In this document: in pieces, positions 13,403 to 24,089 of the stretch
Position numbering within the stretch: position 1 is the stretch's first letter
Layout of the letters: every line of letters starts with the position of its first letter
Assembly: GCA_030390025.1 (NCBI GenBank)
Contig: CM059425.1
Coordinates: 167,030,001 to 167,094,000 of the forward strand
DNA: 64,000 nucleotides
Reading direction: 5' to 3'
Source: Squalus acanthias
Lineage: Eukaryota
The notes under the pieces: generated by a model
Database searches by the model: none
What the model saw: the letters and a program-made list of their open reading frames with translations, nothing else
Told to the model about the DNA's origin: nothing
Translations under genes and position numbers: made by a program

Positions 13403-14942
13403 GGGGCTAAAATCGATAACCCCCAAGATCGGACGTGGGGATCACAATGAATTCGTGCCCGTTCAATGTAATGCAGGCAGCACGCCAACTTCATGCTGCC
13501 TGCTCATTTCAATGATTTCAGCATCCAGCCAGCATTAACCATGCTGTTGATTGGCTGGACGCTTCAGCAGGGGGTCAATATCGTTAGAGGCTAGCACCAG
13601 TTAAAGTTAGCCTGCACTGCTTGAAGCTAGCTTGCACCCCTTAAAGGGGAGGTGCATTGTGGCTGGAGCAGGTTCTGGAAGTCGTTCAGGAAGTGAATCT
13701 GACCTGGAAAACAGTGAAGAATGGCACAACATGGGAGAAAGCGGGCTCCAAGTTTTTCCGACACTGCACTGGAGGCCTTGGTGAAGGAAGTGGAAAGGAG
13801 GAGGGATCTCCTGTATCCGCAGGGAGCCAGGAGGCCCTCCAGACACACGCTCAGAAGGCAGATAGCCGTGGAGGTCAATGCCAGGAGTCAAGCCCCGTGG
13901 ACCTGGATCCAGTGCCGCAAGAAGTTCAATGACCTCACACAAGTGATCAAGGTCAGTGAATGCATCTTCAAATGCCATATCCTACCAACTGCACCACTAA
14001 CCTCAGTCAGTGCGCAATGCAGCAACCCCCATCATTCTTTATAAATCAGGACTCATACATCACATTCCCAGGTTCACCTCACCCTCACACACTTACCACT
14101 GCGGCAAGCCTCACACTCAAATTTCACACCTGGCACACACTGCCAGCTATTCAATCATGACAGGTACATCACCCAAACACATTGCACCACACTCACTGAC
14201 ACATTTCCCTTTCTTTTGCAGGCCATGGTGGCTCATAACAGGAGAAAGCAACAGCTAACGGGCGGTGGACAGGCGCGGCTGCATATCCTGACCCAGTTGG
14301 AGGAGACTCTGTTGGATATTATTGAAGGGGCCATCATAAAGGCCATGGCAATCGGCGAGGCTGAAACCAGTGAAGCTGACGGTATGCTCATACCTAATCC
14401 TTCTTCTCACATCCCACTTCCTCCTCATCCCACAATCTCTTCTGATTTACAAGCTGCAGATGTTGTAAGCATGTCACTCACTGACACACTTCCCACTCTT
14501 TTGAAGGACAAGGTGGCGCACAATTGGAGGCAGCAGGAGCTAACTGGCGGGGGAACAAGTGCGCCTACAGGTCCTAATCCCCATGGAGGAGATGGTGCTG
14601 GTCATTATTGGAACAGCCATTGCTGAGGCCGTGGCCAGAGGCGGGGCAGAAACCATCAAAGATGATGGTATCCTTACATCTAATCCTCCTTCTCACATCC
14701 CACTTCCCCCTCATCCCACAATCTCTTCTGCATACTGCCTTCAAGAGGAGTAGGCTAGCTTTTAGTAAAGCTAGTCTCGCTCCAGCAATGTGAACTTTGG
14801 CCCTTGCTGAGTGCACAGCCTGTCAGCAGCGGGTTCAATGCTGGTCTGTGCGCTACAATCGTCATAATTAGCAGGCAGCCCGAAGTTGGCGATGCGAGAT
14901 ACGCCCGTGCCTGTTTTCTGGCGTTATTGAATGTCCCGGCCA
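13403..14942 (+). mobile_element. Harbinger Myb/SANT-gene fragment with a tandemly duplicated exon
   Basis: RAPSFSDTALEALVKEV...WIQCRKKFNDL; VAHN(R/W)R.Q.LTGGG exon present twice (~14220, ~14505). Confidence 0.7.
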
Positions 14943-16116
14943 GAGTATAAAAACATGGGATTATTTGGCATTAATAAACACTTCAAGATTTCTTCTCACT
15001 GTGATCTATGACTGGGAAAGTGCTGTAATAAAAGAGATGGAAATGTGAGAGGACATAAAACCAATTTGCTAAAGACTTTTTTTTCCTCACACAAATGCTA
15101 TTTCACTGTGTTACAACATGGTGATCAGTTTAGATTGAAGATAAATAATGTATTCAAAATTATCACAAAAGCTTCTCTGTTCATTATTTTTTCATGAATT
15201 TGACCATTTTTGGAAATCTTTAATTATCCCCCGAGCTATGTGAAAGTCACTGGAGACATGGCTAACCTAGAAAAACAGATGTATAACCTTCTGGGGAATC
15301 GCTAATGGTTCCAAAACATTTGATGGAATTTGGAAAACTACATAGCCCAGCACTCAAATACTACCACAATGCCACTTCATCAAGGACCTTTGAGGATTAT
15401 AAATGATGGCAGTCAACAAATAACAAATACTTTTCTATGGCAGTGAACTACTGCAATGAGATTTTGCTTTTTGTGCTTTATTATGCCATTTAAGATTATT
15501 AGCCTATGTTGTTCTAATCCAGGGGTACGCGAGAAGATTTCAAGGGGTCCGGGATTTAAAAAAAATAAACAAAAAGAATATACCGTCGCGTAAAGGTGGG
15601 ATTGAGCTGAGCAAACTGGCGGCTCCGGCCCCGACTCGGAGTTCTGTTTCCCCCCCCCTCCCCAATGTCTGTGCGGCAGCTGACGCTGAGCCCAACCTCC
15701 GCTCGCTGGGAAGGGCGAGAGGCGGCGCTCACTGGTCGCTGAGCGCAGATCCCCGGCTCCAGCTCTCCGTCCTCCGCTCTCCTCGCGCCGGTTCCATTTC
15801 ACATTTGATTTTTTTTTGTTCTATTTTTGTTATTCGTGTGGTCGCGATTGCCAGTCAAATGAAGAAGGGTCAAGGAAATAGTCGGCAGATGCAAGGAGGA
15901 AAGGAGCTGCCGGGGTCAAACAATGAGTCGCTGTCTTTGTGGAGGAAGAGGAGCGGAATATGTCAACATGAGGAAGCTATTAGGATTGACACTACCAGCA
16001 AAATTGAAACAATTTGCAAACTCATCTCAATATTTTGCACTCTCTAATTTCCCTCGCACCCGCCCCATTTTCTCTCTTGCTGTCCTCAATGTGTTCACTC
16101 ATACTGTAGTATAGTT

Positions 16117-18789
16117 CTTCTTCCTTCTTCTTAGGGAGTCCCTCGGAACCGAGGATGACTTGTTTCCACATTAAAAATGAGTTCTCAGGTGACTGATGAG
16201 TCCAATGCGGGACCTACAGTCTCTGTCACAGGTGGGGCAGACGGTGCCTGCGCTTGGCTTCCGCTTGCTCCCGGCGAAGAGACTCGAGTTGTTCGGCACA
16301 TTCCCGGATGCTTCTCCCCCAATTTGTGCGGTCTTGGGCCAGGGATTCCCAGGTGTCAGTGGGGATGTTACACTTTTTCAAGAAGGCTTTGAGGGTGTCC
16401 TTGAAGCGTTTCTTCTGCCCACCTGGGGCTCTCTTGCCGTGCCGGAGCTCCGAGTAGAGTGCTTGTTTTGGGAGTCTCGTATCGGGCATGCGGACAATGT
16501 GACCCGTCCATCGGAGCTGATCGAGTGTGGTCAAAGCTTCGATGCTGGGGATGTTGGCCTGAGCAAGAACACTGACGTTGGTGCGCCTATCCTGCCAATG
16601 GATTTGCAGGATCTTGCGGAGGCAGCGTTGGTGGTACCTCTCCAGTGCTTTGAGGTGCCTGCTGTACATGGTCCATGTCTCTGAGGCATACACCAGGGGC
16701 GGGGTATCACTGTTGCTCTGTAGACCATGAGCTTAGTGCCGGGTTTGAGGTCCTGGTCTTCAAACACTCTCTTCCTCAGGTGACCAAAGGCTGCACTGGC
16801 AAACTGAAGGTGGTGTTGGACTTCGTCGTCGACGTCTGCCCTTGTTGACAGTAGGCTCCCGAGGTATGGAAAGTGGTCCACGTTGTCCAAGGCCTTGTCG
16901 TGGATTTTGATAATCGGGGGGCAGTAATGTGTGGCGGGAGCAGGTTGGTGGAGGACCTTTGTCTTATGGATGTATAGTGTAAGGCCCATGCTCTCATACG
17001 CTTCTGTGAAGGTGTTGACGATGGTTTGGAGTTCAACCTCCGAGTGAGCGCAGACGCAAGGTCACTGACCTCTAGGAAGGTGTGATCGGCAGAGAGGGAG
17101 TAGGGAAAGCCAACTCCAACGGTACCCTCCTCCTGTCAAAATGCTTAGAACATGGCCTTGTCATAACCAACACCTTGTTCCGTCAGAGAGACAAGTACAA
17201 GGCTTCATGGCAACACCCTCGCTCCAAGCACTGACATCTGCTGGACTATGTCATCGTCTGAGCAAGGGACCGCAAGGACGTCCGCATCACCTGCGCCATG
17301 ACAGGAGCTGACGACTGCTGGACAGACCACCGCCTAATCCGCTCTGTCATCTCCATCAACGTAGCCCCAAAACAGCGGCGGCAACAGAAACAATGCCGCA
17401 GGAAAATTAACGCTGGAGCACTCAAAGACCCCGCTAAGAAAGCACTATTCAGCCTGCACCTCACAAACAACCTGATGACTCCCAGTGATGCAGAGACACA
17501 GAGTGCCCACAGCGCCTGGTCTGCACTCAAGTCCTCCATAATCAGCACCTGTGAAGAGACGCTCGGTCACTCGACCAGGAAACACCAAGACTGGTTTGAC
17601 GAGAACGACCAGGAGATCCAGGAGCTAATAAGCCGCAAGCGCAAGGCATTCCTGATCTGGAAACAGCAACAGAACTCGAGAGCAAGAAAGCAGCTCTACA
17701 GACGCCTGAAGGCTGAGGTTCAACAAAAAACTTGCGAGCTAAAGAGCAGATTGTGGGTGGAGAAAGCACAGGAGATCCAGCAGCTACCTGACAACCACGA
17801 CGTGCGTGGATTCTTTAGCGCAGTCAAGACCATCTAATGCCCAAGCACCCAAGACCCTACCCCACTGCGGGCCAAGAACTGAGGTACTCATCAAGGACAG
17901 AGAGGCAGCCAGTGCCCGCTGGAAGGAGCACTTCGAAGATCTCCTTAACTGCGACTCTGTCTTCGACACGAGTGTCCAAACTCCATCCCGCAGCATGCTA
18001 CCCGCCACCACATCAGCACAACCCCAGCCCGACATGAGGTTGAAAAGGCCATCCGACAACTGAAGAACAACAAGGCGTCAGGAGCAGATGGAATCCCCGC
18101 CGAGGCACTAAAGCATGGCGGAGAAGCACTACTGGTGCGAATTCATGAACTCATTTCTCTTATCTGGAAGGAGGAGAGCATGCCAGGGGATCTCAGAGAT
18201 GCCGTAATTGTGACCATCTTCAAGAAAGGTGACCAGTCCGATTGCAGTAATTACAGAGGAGTTTCCCTGCTGTCTGCCACAGGGAAAGTCATCGCAAGAA
18301 TCCTCCTCAATTGCCTTCTCCCAGTGGCCGAAGAGCTCCTCCCAGAGTCGCAATGCGGATTCCGCCCACTAAGGGGCACAATGGACATGATCTTCACCGC
18401 ACGTCAATTACAAGAGAAATGCAGGGAACAGCACCAACCGCTGTACATGGCCTTCTTTGATCTCACAAAGGCCTTCGACACTGTCAACCGTGAGGGATTA
18501 TGGAGTGTCCTCCTCAAATTCGGCTGCCCTCAAAAGTTTGTCACCATCCTCTGCCTGCTTCACGACGACATGCAAGCCGTGATCCTGACCAATGGTTCCA
18601 CCACAGACCCAATTCACGAACGAACCGGTGTCATCGCACCAACGCTCTTCTCGATCTTCCTTGCTGCAGTGCTCCATCTCACCCTCAGTAAGCTCCCCGC
18701 TGGAGTGGAGCTAATTTACAAAACAAACGGGAAACTGTTCAACCTCCGTCGCCTCCAGTCCAGATCCAAGGTCGTCCCATCCTCTGTTG
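16117..18789 (-). mobile_element. RTE-clade LINE with 5' inversion
   Basis: 3' part on minus (16117-17060, (GAA)n tail), 5' part on plus (~17070-18789); 12-bp TSD TGTAGTATAGTT (16105-16116, 18790-18801). Confidence 0.9.
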
Positions 18790-19053
18790 TGTAGTATAGT
18801 TACAAGGGTGCTGGCTGCCCTTTGGTGCCTAATCTCATTCATTCTTCACTTGCAAGCCTATAACTTGAGTGTTAGCAGTCTTACTCTACCAAGGAGGGCA
18901 TCACAGGCAGACTTGATTGTTCACATCCAATGTTGGCCTCCAGCTTGGATTTCAACCTTCCAGTATTGTCCTGCAGTTGCCAGGAATAAAACATTAATCT
19001 GGACACTGCTATGAGTAATTTGGGAGAAAAATCATACGGGCATTAAAAAAATA

Positions 19054-19679
19054 GGCCCTGAAATTTTGGTGTCGTATTCCCTTTGAAGGTACACCTTGAC
19101 AGACCATCCGAACTGCCTGAAAACTGAGCATTGCTGGCACAGAGTTGGGCTATTTGCCCAGTGACTGGCCAGCAATTGCCAACGTAAGTCTTACAGTTGG
19201 AGTTATCTAAGGCTCAAATAAGACATTTAAAAATGCAAAATTATGGACATACACTTAATTAAATTCGTTTATGCAAATATTGGCCCGGATTACAGTCTTA
19301 ATGAGGTTTAAAATTATAATCAAAAAAGTTAATTTTTATTGAGTTTGCTGGAATGAAGGAACTTTATGAATAAAATTGTAAATCTGTACATTGTATAATT
19401 TTTACATTTTGGGAATTCCATTGCATATCATTAGGGGATTCCCTTTGTAAATGATTGCAATGGAATTCTCCTTTGTCATTGGAGGACTGGCCCACGTGAT
19501 CCCAGGGACGCTTCCGAACCGCCTGCATCCCTGGGACCCGTGGGCCTTTACGCTGCCATCCGCCTGGACGCCTGAGACCGCAACTCTTTGCAGCCTGTGC
19601 GCCAGGAGGTACTGTCGGAATTGTTTCGCAGGTTGGAGGCGTACTCCGGAGGTACGCCTCCAACCGCAATTTCTAGGTC
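19054..19679. mobile_element. Harbinger-like MITE
   Basis: GGCCCTGAAATT...AATTTCTAGGTC imperfect TIRs, ATA/ATT flanks, internal 14-bp hairpin at 19631-19665. Confidence 0.55.
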
Positions 19680-20199
19680 ATTGTGTTTTTTTCATTTTCA
19701 TTGTACCCTTTGTTTATTAGTTACAAAAATATAGGAGATGGGGGGGAAAAAGCGGCTGTTTGACTGACCATTAAGCAGAGAACCGGGACCAACCGGGAAC
19801 AGTCGGTGAGGGAGTCGGGGGTTGCATGGAAAAGAGAGAGACTGGGGGACAGGTGATTCGGTCTCATGGGGAGGGAAAGAGGGAGTGGGATGGAAGTGGG
19901 GAACAGTATTTTCTGTTGTGTTGCAGGGGGTCCATGGAATTTTTATAACACGGGGGGCGGGGGGGGGCCTCAGAAACAAAAAGGTTGTGAACCCCTGTTC
20001 TAATGCATTGACTGATGGATTTACAGTGTTTCCTTCTGTAAAACTCAACATTTTTAAAGTGTGATTTCTGTAATAGAAAGCATGTTAAAAAGACTAAAAG
20101 AAATCCACAAAAATATTCCAAGATTTCTCCCAGATTGGAGCCACGCTCGAAGGAAAGGTGCGTCGAAGGATCAGCGCTGCAGTGTTACAGAGTTACGTA

Positions 20200-21043
20200 G
20201 GGCTGAATCTTAACTCCCAAAAACAGGTGGGTTGGGGTCAGGTCAGAGGTTAAAATTCAAAAATTCGAAAACAGGAACCCAACCTGCCTCGAGCCCGCCC
20301 ACTTCCGGTTTTAACGGAGGCGGAACGAGTGGCGGGTGGCCAATCCGCTCGCAGGAGGCGGGTTGGTCATTTCAATATTATAATGAGATTGCGAACCTTC
20401 ATGTTAACGGTCATTCTATTTTTAACTCATGTCGGCTGGGTTTCTGTGGCCTCAGGAAACCCAGCAGGTGAAAGGAGGCGCTTATGGACCAACGAGGAGC
20501 AGGAGTGTTTTCTCCGGGCCCAACAAGCTACCCAGTAAGCCCCCCACCCCTGTGATCTGTATGCTAATCCCCCATCATCGGACACCCACCCCCCCACAAC
20601 CACCATTGGACTCCCCGACCACCATCTGCCCGCTGATCACCATCTGCCCCACCCCAACCAACATCAGACCCTCCCCCACGATCAGACCCCGCCCGACCAC
20701 CATCTGGCACCCCCACCGGGATCGGACCTCACCCCCGCGATTGGACCCTCCCCGCAATTGGACCCCCACCCCTTCCCCCGCCCCGCCACGATCTCGCCCA
20801 CCCCACCACTAAACGTACCTGCTCTCAGGCCTGCTCGGCTGCGGCCTTGTGCTGTAAGATTTCCCACCCAACAGGCCTCCAGCCTGTCAATCAGGCTGGC
20901 TGTGGGCGAGAAACCTACAGAAAATTTTTTGTGACGTACTGCAGTTAAAAACTGCAGGACGTTAAGAAACCCCATATTTCTGGGTTTCCCGACCTCCAAT
21001 CATCCCCCCGCTCCCTCCCTGTCTCTGAGCTAAAATCTAGGCC
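20200..21043. mobile_element. Harbinger-like MITE
   Basis: GGGCTGAATCTTA...TAAAATCTAGGCC, GTA/ATA flanks, splits a CR1 3' tail. Confidence 0.55.
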
Positions 21044-21674
21044 ATAGAGTCTACAGCACAGAAACAGGCCATTCGGCCCAACTGATCTATGCCGGTGTTT
21101 ATGCTCCACACAAGCCTCCTCCCACCCCTTTCATCTAATCCTAGCAGCATATCATTGTAGCTGTATCTCTGAGCAGCTTCCCTCTGAGAGGCCGCGATTT
21201 CACCCACCATGGGAACAGGTCACACTCGGCCTTTGACAAAACAGGACCAACTGACAAAATTGTCCTGCAGTTGCTTAAACCTTTGACTGTAGAAATAAAC
21301 AACAAATTGAAGTGACAACTAACATGACATGGATTGTTTTGTCCATGGCCCAATTTAGATTTATTTGCACATGGCCCAGTTCAGCCCAGGTATAGTTTGG
21401 ATATGCCTGTTCCTTTAATGGGCACGTGCAGAATCAAAAATGCTGCAGGTGTGATATCATTTTCATATTCTGCCACAAGTATTTTTGCTGTCATGACAGC
21501 TAGCTGTTGGTGATTGGTGGGTGAAGCAGTGACAAATGTAGATGGCTTTTTATTTTTTCTATTGTTGTAATTGATGGCTCACCTTCGAGGTCTATTGGAT
21601 AGGGAGGGATTTTTAAACAAGGATCAGGATTTTAAAGCCAAGGCATTTCAGTATAGGCATGTAGTACAGGTTAC

Positions 21675-21943
21675 ATATGAACATACGAACATACATACGA
21701 ACATACGAATTAGGAGCAGGAGTAGGCCACGCGGCCCTTCGAGCCTGCTCCGCCATTCAATAAGATCATGGCTGATCCGATTACTCCACATTCCCGCCTA
21801 CCCCCGATAACTTTTCACCCCCTTGCTTATCAAAAATTTCTCCTCATCTCTGTCTTAAATGGGTGACCCCTTATTTTTAAACAGTGACCCCCTAGTTCTA
21901 GATTCTCCCACAAGAGGAAACATCCTCTCCACATCCACCCTGT
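21675..21943 (-). mobile_element. CR1 LINE 3' end (left part of the copy split by the provirus)
   Basis: (ACGAACAT)n tail; sequence matches the CR1 at 42655-42975. Confidence 0.85.
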
Positions 21944-23647
21944 TGTAAGGGTTTGATGTCTCTCAGCCTGTGAGATTCGTGTGGCTCTGTGCAGCCCGGG
22001 TGCTAGTGCGGGTTTAGGCCTTGTTGCCTGTTCTGGTCTCCAGCCAGTCTGGGAGCACTAGACACACCTGTGAGTGGTTCGACCCACTCGCCCTTACGGT
22101 TCTAGACACTGGACTTAGATGCGAGAGCAGTAATGGAGATAAAACTCAGGTAGACTCAGTTGAATGGTACGAAATGGAAAATCTTTATTGCATAGTACTT
22201 AAGATTACGAAATACATGTCATACGCACAGATTAATGACAGTACAATCTTGCACGCAGTTATGTAATTAATTTCAGGGAAACGAGGAACGAACGACACAT
22301 CGTAAATGGGGGCACACATTACAATTATCCTTAATACTTGAAACCCTCCCCTATCAATATCTGTCCTAAGCTAGATTCGTAGGATTCGAGACTCATGCTC
22401 ACCACTCGTGATAACTCGGAGAATTCCGAAACCTCTGATCGGATGTTTTTCACCGCAGCACCCACGTGTCGATCAGGGGGTCTCCTGGCCCCACTTGTTT
22501 ACTCGTTTCTGCTCCGGCTAGCAGGCTGGAACGTCTGCTGTCATGAAGATCTGTGTTGTCCTCGGAGTTCCGACTCTACTCAAAAAAGAGTCTTCCTGTG
22601 CCCTCGCACGGATGCGATAGAATTCAAAAAGTAATCTTCCTGGCAGTTCTGTAAAATTCGAAGAAGTCTTCCTGGCAAGGAAAATGTCTATTCGACCTAC
22701 AGGCGCGGTCGGGGCTTACTGACCGTGGCGATAAGTATGGTCTTCTTCTCTTCTCATCTCATCTCATCTCATCTCATCTCATCTCATCTCGGGCCTTCGG
22801 TTCCAACACCGTTTACCGACTTATCGGAATGGTGCGCCCGCTTCAAGGCTTCAGAGCCCAGTTCTACACAGGTCTTCGCGACACGACACGAGGTAGATCC
22901 GAGCGGATCATAAAGTTCAACAGTCTTTTGAAAAGAGACACGAGGCAAGCAGGAACAAGACGGCGAGTCAAGAGCACAGGAGCAGCCACGAGGATAAGAG
23001 TCAACCGAATAAGAGAAAGATGGACGGTTTGGAGCTTGCAATTATAGTGCAAAATCTTCCGTTTCCCGCCCAACCTTAATGTCTTTCCTTTTGTTAGGGT
23101 TTGGCGCTCAAATGTCTTGTATAGGGTGATCTCCGTTTTAATGGGTTTCGGGGCTACTCGTAAATGTCTGAGTACCTGTTAATATTTTTCCCATTGTTTA
23201 ATCGGTCGGTGTTCTCCCTGGAGGGGTTTTGGGCTTCCAGGTGTTTTCTGTAACTACCCACTAACGGCTCTCTCATCGTAGAGTCGTTGGGATTTTACAT
23301 ATTAATGTCTTTGGATGGGTTCTTGATTACTGGGTACAATAGCTTTCATTCGTACCTGGGAGACCGATTTCAGTATTTATGTGTATACTGTAAACCCATG
23401 ATGTCTCGTGTATTATCTTAAATGTGCTGAGTCTTAATCGATCTTGCACAAATGTTTATTGGAACGCCATCTTGTCTGCCTGTTGAAAAGTCTAGAATAT
23501 TCTGTCACGAGGTGCGGCGGCCATTTTACAAGCTGCTTGTGTCCACTTTGAAAACCTGACAGCATTCTGCTGAAATAAAAGCTGTTTGAACGAAACTATG
23601 TGTTTTTCTCCTTATTAATAAAATCGCGATATATTGCGAATTCTACA
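21944..23647 (-). repeat. 3' LTR of provirus (1704 bp)
   Basis: Direct repeat, preceded on the minus strand by a purine tract. Contains AATAAA (minus, 22184-22189) and a (TCTCA)n microsatellite at ~22753-22789. Confidence 0.95.
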
Positions 23648-23656
23648 GTCCCTCCT
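23648..23656 (-). promoter_or_regulatory. Polypurine tract (short)
   Basis: AGGAGGG-AC immediately before the TG of the 3' LTR on the minus strand. Confidence 0.7.
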
Positions 23657-24089
23657 GTTGATGCGAATAACTCCGCTTATCGTATCAAAAATATTGTGGT
23701 GAGCAATATTATCTCGATTTTCTCCGAATCCAGAAAATTTAATCCCATAACTTAAACTATCTAGGGTCTTTGCGTCGTCCTTATTTCCCAAGAAAATTAC
23801 ATTTTATATCACCGTAGGCATCATTTGCCTTTAAACTTACACCACTTGTTTTCCTTCCCGGTGTGAGCAGGCCGATGCCTCTCGTATCACCTGTATATTC
23901 ATCTTTTATTTAGGGAAAACAAAACCCAAAACCAAACAATCATTTTTAACTACAACACCATCACCAAAATAATCAACACCAACTCTTAAAACATGTCGAG
24001 TTCCAAACGTATTTACAGTCTTTGAAAATCATGATCGAGTACAAACTTCCGCGGCGCACGTGGCGAGCGGGAGTGACGCCATTTTCCGA

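Larger units (their letters stand above)
15520..19997. mobile_element. hAT-type DNA transposon relic hosting nested RTE and MITE
   Basis: CAGGGGT...ACCCCTG termini; 8-bp TSD TTCTAATC/TTCTAATG (one mismatch). Confidence 0.6.

Noticed and set aside
22021..23073. Six short ORFs repeated identically at 29732-30784
   Set aside because: They recur only because they lie in the LTRs; no recognisable domain, and the SSHLI repeat is a microsatellite
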